Assembly (NCBI RefSeq): GCF_015056685.1
Contig: NZ_SVFW01000006.1
Coordinates: 44,522 to 108,521 of the forward strand
DNA from: Butyrivibrio sp.
Lineage (GTDB): Bacteria > Bacillota > Clostridia > Lachnospirales > Lachnospiraceae
Direction: 5' to 3'
DNA length: 64,000 nucleotides
Shown one piece after another: positions 28,738-36,808 of this stretch. A program made the position numbers and the translations under genes. The notes under the pieces were generated by a model that did not search any database, was not told where the DNA came from, and saw only the letters and a list, made by a program, of their open reading frames with translations. The stretch's first letter is position 1; the number at the start of each line of letters is the position of its first letter.

Positions 28738-29796
28738 ATGCGAGGAGCAGGAAAGGTTTTTCTCATAATCTGGGCTGTGCTTATGACCATTACTACACTT
28801 GGTCTTGCCGGATTTGAGGCAATGAGAATACTTGGAAAATCGAATCTTGACTCTAAATCTGCGACGTCAACACCAATGATGGCGCAGACGGATATGTCTG
28901 TCTCTGAAAGCACAGATGCTTACTGGGAAGAAGATTGGGTACCTTACAACGGAAATGTCTATGATTACAACGATGACATAATAACTTTTTTGATAATGGG
29001 AATCGACAAGGACGACGAAACTGTGGTCAAGGTTGCGGAAGGAACTGATGGAGGCCAGGCGGATGCACTGTTTCTTTTGGTACTAAATCCTCGTGACCAG
29101 TCCATAAAAGTAATTGGAATCAACAGAAACAGCATGACCGATATAGATGTTTACGATGAATATGGAAGATATATGACTACTGTTATAGCTCAGATCGCGA
29201 CCCAGCATGGCTTTGGAGACGGCATGGAAGAGAGCTGTAACTATCAGGTCAAAGCTGTTTCAAATATGTTTTACCAGCTCCCGATACATGGTTATGCGGC
29301 CATAAACATGAGCGCCATCCCAACTATAAATGATCAGGTTGGAGGTGTAGATGTAACAGTTCTGGAGGACCTTACCAAATGGGATAAAACGCTGAAGGAG
29401 GGGGCTCAGGTCCATCTGGAAGGCGACAGTGCTTTTTACTATGTTAAAGCAAGAGATGTACATGTCTTTGGCTCCAATGAAAACAGGCTTGAGAGGCAGA
29501 GGCAGTATCTTGAAGGATTTATAGAAGCTGCAAGAGAGACCACGAAAGAGAATAACAACGCGGCAGTGGATCTCTTTACAGCCATAAGCAGCAAAATGGT
29601 TACCAATATAAGTGCAGATGAAATAAGCTATCTGGCACCATATATTTCTTCATTCAGTTTTAGCTCTGATGACATTATTACCATAAAGGGCGAAAACGTG
29701 AAAAATGGAAAGTTTGAAGAGTTTTATGTGGATGATGATGACCTGTACAAAACAATATTAGAAGTTTTTTATGAAAAAGTTGATGTTGTGGGCTAA
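28738..29796 (+). CDS. LytR-CpsA-Psr (LCP) family glycopolymer transferase
   Basis: N-terminal TM helix and an LCP core, DALFLLVLNPRDQSIKVIGINRNSM. Confidence 0.8.
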   Translation: MRGAGKVFLIIWAVLMTITTLGLAGFEAMRILGKSNLDSKSATSTPMMAQTDMSVSESTDAYWEEDWVPYNGNVYDYNDDIITFLIMGIDKDDETVVKVAEGTDGGQADALFLLVLNPRDQSIKVIGINRNSMTDIDVYDEYGRYMTTVIAQIATQHGFGDGMEESCNYQVKAVSNMFYQLPIHGYAAINMSAIPTINDQVGGVDVTVLEDLTKWDKTLKEGAQVHLEGDSAFYYVKARDVHVFGSNENRLERQRQYLEGFIEAARETTKENNNAAVDLFTAISSKMVTNISADEISYLAPYISSFSFSSDDIITIKGENVKNGKFEEFYVDDDDLYKTILEVFYEKVDVVG

Positions 29797-29800
29797 ATAA

Positions 29801-30562
29801 ATGGATAAAACTAGACGATATATAGTTAGGAAAGCTCTTATAAGTCTTTTTTTGACAATTCTTTTTCTGTTTATGCTTGCAGGATGTGGTCAAAAAGAGG
29901 AAATTGTCAGTACTTCAGAAGAAGGCGGACCGATCATTGATTTCGAAAAATTAAAAAAGGAGAACGGAGATATATTTGCATGGATATATGTTCCGGGAAC
30001 GCCGATCAATGGTCCAATCCTTCAAAATGCAGATGGTGATGACAGTTTTTACGCAAGTCATAATGTGGCAAAAGAACCGGATGCAAAAGGGTGCTTTTAC
30101 ATAGAAGCCGCTAATATGGCAAATATGTGCGATTTTAATGAAGTTGTCCACGGGGTACCGACGGAGGAGCTTAGTAAGTTCCTTGACAGGAGCTATTTTG
30201 AAGAGCAGCAGTACATACATGTATATATGGAGGGAAATGCCCTCATTTATTACATAATGGCTGCTTATACAAGAGAGAATACAAGACTCTTGGAACAATA
30301 TGACTTTTCCTATGCGTCAGGGTGCCAGCAGTTTATTGATGAGATTTATTCCGGCAGGACCATGAACAAGAATATAAGGTCAGGATGGGAGACGGGCCTT
30401 GAGCCCAGCCATTTTCTTTTGACACTTACATCGGATGACAGCGACAGGCAAATTGTGGTAATCGGGTGTCTTGTTGGAGATGCGGCAGGAAAGATTGACA
30501 GAGAAATCGACTGGGGAGATCCGGAAGAGGACTTTTCCACAATAGGTTGGAGCAAGCCTTAA
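29801..30562 (+). CDS. Sortase B-like lipoprotein lacking the catalytic cysteine (putative pseudo-sortase)
   Basis: Lipobox LAGCG. It aligns by eye along the sortase domain of the 5058-10178 ORF: DIFAWIYVPGTPINGPIL, VVHGV in place of IYGHN, and LLTLTSDD in place of VTLSTC. Confidence 0.6.
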   Translation: MDKTRRYIVRKALISLFLTILFLFMLAGCGQKEEIVSTSEEGGPIIDFEKLKKENGDIFAWIYVPGTPINGPILQNADGDDSFYASHNVAKEPDAKGCFYIEAANMANMCDFNEVVHGVPTEELSKFLDRSYFEEQQYIHVYMEGNALIYYIMAAYTRENTRLLEQYDFSYASGCQQFIDEIYSGRTMNKNIRSGWETGLEPSHFLLTLTSDDSDRQIVVIGCLVGDAAGKIDREIDWGDPEEDFSTIGWSKP

Positions 30563-30649
30563 AATGGCCAAAGAGCCACAGCTGGAGGGATCCAGATCAG
30601 ATATAGATGGCTAAGTTGTGTTTTTGAAATTGTATGGAGGCAAATTATT

Positions 30650-31588
30650 ATGAAGAAAATTCTTGCTCTCACAGTTGCAGGTGTTTTGCTTGCATGTTCA
30701 TCACTAAGTGTGTGTGCAGCAGACGGTACCACCAATACGGGATCAAACAGTGTTACTACAGATGATCTGATGAAGCAGATTGAAGAACTGCAGACAAAGC
30801 TTGAAAGTGCAATTAAAGAAAGTGAAACAAGCACCAGTGAGCAGGTTACAACTCTTAGGGAGAGCGTGGCTACTTTGAGAGAGAATGTTGTAACTTTGCA
30901 GGAAAAAATACAGACTCTTAAAGAAGAAATAGCTACTCTTGAAAGCAGTGAGAATGCTAATACCGAAAAAATTGAGGAACTCACCACGAAGATGACTGAG
31001 TATGAAGATGCCCTTGAGTCATATGAAGAGCAGCTATATGTAAACACTGCTCAGCTTGCAAGCCTTACTACTCAGGTTCAGAATCTTGCCAATGCGATTA
31101 ATGCAGGCGGCGGAAAGAGCTCAGGCTCATCAGGTTCATCAGGAGGCTCAGGCGGAGGCGGAGGAAGTTCCTCATCTGCTAACGATTTTTATAAGAGAAA
31201 TAATATAATCGGTTATGGTTCTACAATTGTTGGACAGGGCGGTCACGTTGAGATCAACGGTGGAAAGAGTAATGTAACATTTGTTCTTACTCCTGCTACA
31301 GGCGGACAGCTCACAGCAGCAACTAATTTCTCATCAGGACTTGGTGGAGAACTTCTTAATGTAGTTACTACAAGTTCTCCGGGGGCTTCATTTAAAACTG
31401 CAAAGGTTAATTTCTACGTAAGTGGAGTAAGTGCAGGCGACAACATCGCAGTATATCAGCTTCAGGGAAGTAAGTGGGTTCAGCTTCCTGTAGTTGAGAC
31501 CAGAAAAGATCATGTTATTGTCAACATGACAAGACACGGCACAGTGGCATTTATAAGAGTTCCTGTTCTTGCATACGCAACGAACTGA
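30650..31588 (+). CDS. Secreted coiled-coil protein with Gly/Ser linker and C-terminal beta domain (unknown function)
   Basis: Signal peptide, heptad-like repeats (TLRESVATLRENVVTLQEKIQTLKEEIATLE), and a GSSGSSGGSGGGGGSSS linker. Confidence 0.6.
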   Translation: MKKILALTVAGVLLACSSLSVCAADGTTNTGSNSVTTDDLMKQIEELQTKLESAIKESETSTSEQVTTLRESVATLRENVVTLQEKIQTLKEEIATLESSENANTEKIEELTTKMTEYEDALESYEEQLYVNTAQLASLTTQVQNLANAINAGGGKSSGSSGSSGGSGGGGGSSSSANDFYKRNNIIGYGSTIVGQGGHVEINGGKSNVTFVLTPATGGQLTAATNFSSGLGGELLNVVTTSSPGASFKTAKVNFYVSGVSAGDNIAVYQLQGSKWVQLPVVETRKDHVIVNMTRHGTVAFIRVPVLAYATN

Positions 31589-31632
31589 TAAAGGATTAAG
31601 CTGTCATTTTTGACCTATGAGGGGGCTAATTT

Positions 31633-32334
31633 ATGGCAAAGGCTGCTACAGTACCGGTAAGAGTCGAAAAAGTTCTGGCCGGGCGAAAGATAATTGAGCT
31701 TAATTATCAGGAAATATATGATCATAAGCCCAACATTTATAAGTGGATAAAAAGGGTGTTTGATATAGTCGCATCAAGCGTCGCGATTATCATTCTCTCG
31801 CCCATATTTATAATGACAGCTCTGGCTATCTTTTTGGAGGATGGCGGTCCTGTTTTCTTTACCCAGCAAAGAGCGGGTAAAGACATGAAGAGCTTCAAAA
31901 TATATAAGTTCAGAAGTATGTACAAAAATGCTGAGGCTCAGTTTGAGAGAATGCAGGCACAGAATGAACAGACAGGTCATGCTTTTAAAATCAAGAATGA
32001 TCCAAGAGTTACCCACGTGGGGAAGTTCATAAGGCGCTACTCTATAGATGAACTTCCACAGCTTTTTAACATCATAAAGGGCGACATGAGCATTGTAGGA
32101 CCAAGGCCAATACTTACATCTCAGATGGAGGCATGCAATGCTTACGAGAAACAGCGAACCATCGTAAAGCCCGGACTTACCTGCTACTGGCAGGTATGTG
32201 GGAGAGCCAAGATCAAATGGGATAAGTGGGTTGAACTTGATCTTCAGTATATTCAGGATATGAGCATTGCAAAAGACATAGAGCTAATTTTCCGTACATT
32301 TCCGGCAATCTTCGGCCAGGACGGAGCGTACTAA
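31633..32334 (+). CDS. Undecaprenyl-phosphate sugar phosphotransferase (bacterial sugar transferase, WbaP/EpsL-like)
   Basis: Contains PRVTHVGKFIRRYSIDELPQLFNIIKGDMSIVGPRP. Confidence 0.85.
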   Translation: MAKAATVPVRVEKVLAGRKIIELNYQEIYDHKPNIYKWIKRVFDIVASSVAIIILSPIFIMTALAIFLEDGGPVFFTQQRAGKDMKSFKIYKFRSMYKNAEAQFERMQAQNEQTGHAFKIKNDPRVTHVGKFIRRYSIDELPQLFNIIKGDMSIVGPRPILTSQMEACNAYEKQRTIVKPGLTCYWQVCGRAKIKWDKWVELDLQYIQDMSIAKDIELIFRTFPAIFGQDGAY

Positions 32335-32346
32335 AAAAGTAGAATG

Positions 32347-32379
32347 GGCCTACACAGATAGATTGTGTAGGTCTTTTTT
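32347..32379 (+). terminator. Terminator of the sugar transferase gene
   Basis: CCTACACA ... TGTGTAGG hairpin followed by TTTTTT. Confidence 0.7.
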
Positions 32380-32395
32380 ATTGTGATTTAAGAAA
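32374..32395 (+). repeat. Left copy of the 22-bp direct repeat bracketing element copy 2
   Basis: TTTTTTATTGTGATTTAAGAAA, identical to 33453-33474. Confidence 0.85.
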
Positions 32396-32430
32396 TGTAT
32401 TCCTGTGTATAAACGTAAGTATTGCGCTTA

Positions 32431-32625
32431 CGTACGCCACCATTGACTGAACCTGAGAATAACGCCGTCTATACCTCGCCGACGGTGAGGATGATGGGAA
32501 CAGTAGTTAGATTCATGCACCGTCGGATTCAGCATTATAGCGTTTTCCTCAGAACCCGTCAATGGCTAGCACCTGGCGGTGTGGCTGGGAATTATTGCCT
32601 CGGGATCCAATTCCGAGAACAGTAG
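32431..32625 (-). ncRNA. Left arm of copy 2 (structured arm motif, minus sense)
   Basis: The reverse complement aligns base-for-base with 33167-33361 and with the arms of the other copies. Confidence 0.55.
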
Positions 32626-32643
32626 GGGGTACTTTCTATCTAC

Positions 32644-33100
32644 GGGTAATTTTTTAATTTTCTGACCTTTTGCCCGTATTTTCATAGTATCCATGGGCAA
32701 TATTTAATTTTCTCTGCCTTTTACCCGAGTTATCAAACAATCATTGGGTAAATCTATCATTATTTTCATATTTACCCAAGCTTATTCAATAATTCTCGGG
32801 TAAAAATCATCTCTTTTATTTCTTTACCCTCGCGTCATGTCGAAAAAGATGTACAAGACATGAATAATAGAATAAATGCCAGATCTCATGCCAAACGATT
32901 CTATTCAAGGCATGAAATTATGAGAAAAATCTGACACAGCATGTCGAATTACAAAACAAAGACATGGTATCTGAGTCAAAATCACTAACAACATGTCTGA
33001 ACCACTATACAAAGCATGTAATACTTGCAAAAAATCCTCAAATCATGTCAGAAGCCTATGCACAAGGCATGAAAATCGAGAAAAATCTCTCGCAGCATGC
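32644..33100. repeat. Array of four GGGYAA/TTACCC units followed by five to six CATG(T/C)C/G(A/G)CATG units, period 51-53 bp
   Basis: Unit starts: 32644, 32695, 32746, 32798, 32836, 32887, 32940, 32992, 33044, 33095-33096. Confidence 0.8.
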
Positions 33101-33166
33101 TATAGCCAGGTAAATCTTTATGTTTTCAATATCCCAAGTCTCCAGCTGATTCAATTTCAGCCATCT

Positions 33167-33361
33167 CTACTGTTCTCGGAGTCAGAGCCAGAGGCAATTG
33201 TACCAGCCACACCGCAAGGTGCTTGCCATTGACGTGGTCTGAGGAAAACGCTACAATGCTGCATCCGACTGTGAGATAGAATCTACTGTTCCCATCATCA
33301 TCACCGTCGGCGAGGTATAGACGGCGCTTTCCGCAGGTTCAGTCAATGGTGGCGTACGCAG
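33167..33361 (+). ncRNA. Right arm of copy 2 (structured arm motif, plus sense)
   Basis: Runs from CTACTGTTCTCGGAG to CAGTCAATGGTGGCGTACGCAG. Confidence 0.55.
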
Positions 33362-33452
33362 CCGCAATCTAAAATTTTTAGAGAGTTAGAGAAGTCACTT
33401 ACGCATATACAAAATGTAAGTATCCTTCGAAAGCTTTGCATCACCTTTATAA

Positions 33453-33474
33453 TTTTTTATTGTGATTTAAGAAA
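33453..33474 (+). repeat. Right copy of the 22-bp direct repeat bracketing element copy 2
   Basis: TTTTTTATTGTGATTTAAGAAA. Confidence 0.85.
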
Positions 33475-33522
33475 GTTATTTCTTTTTAATGATAGTTAAT
33501 GTTCATTTAATTGTATTTTTTC

Positions 33523-33531
33523 GGGGGGGGG
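33523..33531 (+). repeat. Homopolymeric G9 tract in the putative promoter region of the 33609 gene
   Basis: The sequence ttgtattttttcGGGGGGGGGtagact lies 78 nt upstream of the start codon. Confidence 0.9.
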
Positions 33532-33608
33532 TAGACTAGAAGTGTAACTGTGTGGGATGGCTTTTGATATAAAAAGCCAGAGGTTCTCTTTGAAAGAGAG
33601 GTAAATTG

Positions 33609-34742
33609 ATGAAACTAAGTAGATTATTTGCGGTCGCTTTAAGCGGATTGCTGTTTATTCAGGCACCGGTTGTTGTGTTGGCAGAGGAATCTTATCAGGA
33701 TGGTAATTTGTATAAGTGTGATGATGAAAAAGAAGACTACTTATTTGTAGGGCATAATGGTTTTTTCTTATCTGAAGATGAACATCAAGATTATGAAAAA
33801 GTTTATGATACAGGAAGCGCTTTTAAAGAAGTCACAGATGATAGTGCCGATGGCAAAGAATATGGAGCAGGCTATGCCTTTGATTGTCAACAGAGTCCAA
33901 GTTCCGGCTATGTTGGTGGACTAACATCAAATTTGGTTGGGTTTGAGACGACCTTGTCAGAAGACCAAGTGGTAAAACTTCAATATATCGGTAATGAAAC
34001 TGATAAACCTTATAGATTGAGCCTGACAACTGCTTCATCCGAATCAGGAACAAGTGGTGGTGAAGAAGGACAATCATCAGGAGAATCAGGAGAACAGGGA
34101 ACGACTACAGAGCCAATTACAGAACCCACTTCGGAGTCAACTACAGAACCTACCACAGAACCTACTACGGAGCCAACTACAGAGCCAACTGTAGAGCCAG
34201 CACAGCCAGAAACTCCAGCAGAAGAAAATGTAGAGCCTACACCAGTTGTTGTAACTGAAAATACCAATAATAGTCAGCCTGCAGCACCAGCTGATGAACC
34301 ACAGCAGCCAGCAAATCAGGAACCTCAGGCGCCTGATACGACAGGTAGGATCAATATAATAAGCACAGCAGTAGGCAATGCACTTCCAACTACTGAACTT
34401 GGAAACGCAGAGGTTCCTACCAGAACATTGTCTCTTGATATATTTAGTATTACTCCTGCCCAAATGACAGCAGCAGTAAGCGATACAGTAAAAAGTGCGC
34501 CAGCAGATGGAAATGTAGTTATTGAAACAAATACTATCTCATGCCTTGATAATAATATGGTTCAGGCGTTTGCACAGAGACCGGACGTTGCTATCAGCAT
34601 AGTATTCAAAAATAAAGAAGGACAAAAACTAAAAGTAACAATTCCTGCCGGATATCCTGTTACAACTCTTCTTGATGAAAATGGTTACTGCGGATATATG
34701 CACCTTGTAGATATTTTTGGTGCTACTGTTCTGTCAGAGTAA
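33609..34742 (+). CDS. Secreted protein with (TEPT)n linker, unknown function
   Basis: Signal peptide MKLSRLFAVALSGLLFIQAPVVVLA, a TEPTTEPTTEPTTEPTVEP repeat, and AGAGAGG before ATG 33609. Confidence 0.65.
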   Translation: MKLSRLFAVALSGLLFIQAPVVVLAEESYQDGNLYKCDDEKEDYLFVGHNGFFLSEDEHQDYEKVYDTGSAFKEVTDDSADGKEYGAGYAFDCQQSPSSGYVGGLTSNLVGFETTLSEDQVVKLQYIGNETDKPYRLSLTTASSESGTSGGEEGQSSGESGEQGTTTEPITEPTSESTTEPTTEPTTEPTTEPTVEPAQPETPAEENVEPTPVVVTENTNNSQPAAPADEPQQPANQEPQAPDTTGRINIISTAVGNALPTTELGNAEVPTRTLSLDIFSITPAQMTAAVSDTVKSAPADGNVVIETNTISCLDNNMVQAFAQRPDVAISIVFKNKEGQKLKVTIPAGYPVTTLLDENGYCGYMHLVDIFGATVLSE

Positions 34743-34785
34743 GATTTAGAAATTGCTAAAATGGATTAGAATTGATGATTATTAC

Positions 34786-34818
34786 GAATGCTTACGCCAC
34801 CGGCGTAAGCATTCTTTT
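34786..34818 (+). terminator. Terminator of the 33609-34742 gene
   Basis: GAATGCTTACGCC accg GCGTAAGCATTC followed by TTTT. Confidence 0.75.
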
Positions 34819-34896
34819 ATTATCAATTCACAATTGTTAAGGGTATACAAAGCATTCGAGGGGGAGTGGTTTGGATAAACGTAAGTATTGCGCTCC

Positions 34897-35088
34897 TATA
34901 CGCCACCATTGACTGAACCTGAGGAAAACGCCGTCTATACCTCGCCGACGGTGAGAATGATGGGAACAGTAATTCTTCACTCACCGTCGGCCCCAGCATT
35001 GTAGCGTTTTCATCAGAACCAGTAAAGGGCAAGCACCTAGCGGTGTGGCTGTTTTTTCTGCCTCAGGCTCAAAATCCAGGAACAGTTG
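34897..35088 (-). ncRNA. Left arm of copy 3 (minus sense)
   Basis: The reverse complement aligns with the other arms. It looks chimeric: the 5' half resembles arm 1R and the 3' half resembles arm 2L. Confidence 0.5.
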
Positions 35089-35110
35089 AGGCGGACGCTT
35101 TTCTACCTAC

Positions 35111-35353
35111 GGGCAATTTTTTAATTTTCCGACCTTTTACCCGTGTTTTATTAGTGCCCATGGGTAATATTTAATTTTCTCTGACTTTTACCCGAGTTAT
35201 CAAACAATCATTGGGTAAATCTATCATTATTTTCATATTTACCCAAGCTTATTCAATAATTCTCGGGTAAAAATCATCTCTTTTAGTTCTTTACCCAAAT
35301 CATTCACTAAACTAACTCATGGGTAAAAACCTGCATTTTGTTCTTTAGTACCC
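35111..35353. repeat. Five GGGYAA-N20-22-TTACCC hairpin units, period 51-52 bp (last interval 56)
   Basis: Starts at 35111, 35162, 35213, 35265 and 35321. Confidence 0.8.
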
Positions 35354-35585
35354 GCAATGCTCTTTAAAAAAATGGGTCAAGTCCTATTTTATAAGCTAAA
35401 TCAGGCTGTTTATAATAGAGTTATCTTATATGCACAGCTGGCCGTAGACATTGCAATGCATAGTCGCTTATACCTCTTTGTTTTGCATGCTTGATCATAC
35501 ATCTATCTTTTAGGCAGTAAGGCAATGTATGTTAAATTGAAGAGATAAGCTCCTCATATCGAACTTGCAAATTATCATCTATCCT

Positions 35586-35783
35586 TTACTGTTCTCGGAT
35601 TCAGAGCCCGAGGCACTTAAAACCAGCCACACCGAAGGTGCTTGCCCTTGACGGGTTCTGAGGGAAACGCTACAATGCTGAATCCGATGGTGAAAGAATC
35701 TATCTACTGTTCCCATCATCCTCACCGTCGGCTCGCAGGCCAGGGCGTTTTCCCTCAGGTTCAGTCAGGGGTGGCGTACAGAG
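35586..35783 (+). ncRNA. Right arm of copy 3 (plus sense)
   Basis: Runs from TTACTGTTCTCGGATTCAGAGCCCGAGGC to CAGTCAGGGGTGGCGTACAGAG. It carries compensatory changes and G.U pairs. Confidence 0.55.
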
Positions 35784-35914
35784 CCAATTTACTTATGTTT
35801 TTCAATCTTCATAATCAACAAAATTCATCTATTATTCTTATCAAATTTACACTATAGACTAACGCAATATCGCATGAGTACAATTAATTCATCGATATTC
35901 TTGGGGAGGTCTAT

Positions 35915-36718
35915 ATGTTTTGTACATGTCACTATTTTAGCCACGTTTTAAATCACAATACGGAGATTAATGTTGTAATTCCGACTCCTGAAGGAAATGA
36001 GCAGATTACTGCTACAGGGAAAGATATGCGTTATGACTATGAGAATGGTCTTCCTGTAGTTTATTTGTTGCATGGAGCTTTTGGAGACAACAGCTCATGG
36101 TCAAGGTTTTCAAGCATAGAAAGATACGCTCAGGCACATAACTGCATTGCGGTAATGGCGGGCGTTGAAAATAGTTTTTATCAGGATATGGCACGGGGAG
36201 GCCAGTACTATACATATATGACAAAAGAACTGCCGGAGTACATTACACGCATATTCCCGGCATCAAAGAAAAGAGAAGATACGTATGTTGCAGGGCTTTC
36301 TATGGGAGGATACGGAGCCTGGTTTTTAGCACTTTCAAGACCCGATATTTATTCAAAGGCTGCATCAATGTCAGGAGCTCTTGATATCGTGCGACTTCAT
36401 GATGAAGCAATGGCCGGTAAAGTGGATAACCCATTCCCTTGGGAGGATGCTTTTGGTGAAGCGGCAGGCCACCTTGAAGGGAGCGACAGAGACCTGTTTG
36501 CATTATTAAAAAGAGATATGGAAAACGGACAGGTTCCAGAACTGTACCAGTCATGCGGCACAGAAGACTTTTTATATAAGCTCAATCAGGGAGTTCATGA
36601 GAAACTTGAAAAAATGGGAGTGAAGAGCATTTACAAAGAAGTTCCTGATCATATGCACAACTGGGATTTTTGGGATCTGGAGATCAGGAGCATCCTTGAC
36701 TGGATGTTTCCGGCATAA
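35915..36718 (+). CDS. Esterase family protein (alpha/beta hydrolase; putative acetyl/tributyrin esterase type)
   Basis: Nucleophile elbow GLSMGGYGA and an N-terminal pattern typical of the esterase D-like family. Confidence 0.7.
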   Translation: MFCTCHYFSHVLNHNTEINVVIPTPEGNEQITATGKDMRYDYENGLPVVYLLHGAFGDNSSWSRFSSIERYAQAHNCIAVMAGVENSFYQDMARGGQYYTYMTKELPEYITRIFPASKKREDTYVAGLSMGGYGAWFLALSRPDIYSKAASMSGALDIVRLHDEAMAGKVDNPFPWEDAFGEAAGHLEGSDRDLFALLKRDMENGQVPELYQSCGTEDFLYKLNQGVHEKLEKMGVKSIYKEVPDHMHNWDFWDLEIRSILDWMFPA

Positions 36719-36808
36719 TTGAAGCAGATTCTAAAAATGCACATTATTATAAAAATGAACTGATGAGTAAAGTGAATTCTCTATATTTGAAAGGATTAGG
36801 AGTATCCC

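Larger units (their letters stand above)
32396..33452. mobile_element. Copy 2 of the arm/array/arm non-coding element family (best preserved copy)
   Basis: 1057 bp without a credible ORF. Two ~195-nt arms lie in inverted orientation, with a 457-bp array of 51-53-bp hairpin units between them. Outer TGTATA(T/A)(A/G)CGTAAGT termini. Flanked by a 22-bp direct repeat. Confidence 0.65.
34826..35860. mobile_element. Copy 3 of the arm/array/arm non-coding element family
   Basis: Both arms are complete. There are five GGGYAA/TTACCC units, and a centre partly shared with copy 1. The outer limits are approximate; only a degenerate flanking direct repeat is visible. Confidence 0.55.

Noticed and set aside
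32644-33100. CRISPR-array or TIGR-like guide-array interpretation of the periodic hairpin units.
   Set aside because: Only 6+6 nt per ~52-bp unit are conserved, there is no 25-40-nt identical repeat, the unit type changes within an array, and no cas or tas-like gene is nearby. A guide-array function cannot be excluded, but the sequence does not support it.
34814-35855. Possible flanking direct repeat for element copy 3 (TTATTATCAATTCACAAT at about 34814-34833 versus TTCTTATCAAATTTACACTAT at about 35833-35855).
   Set aside because: The match is imperfect and lies in AT-rich sequence, so it is too weak to call a target-site duplication. Only copy 2 has a convincing direct repeat.
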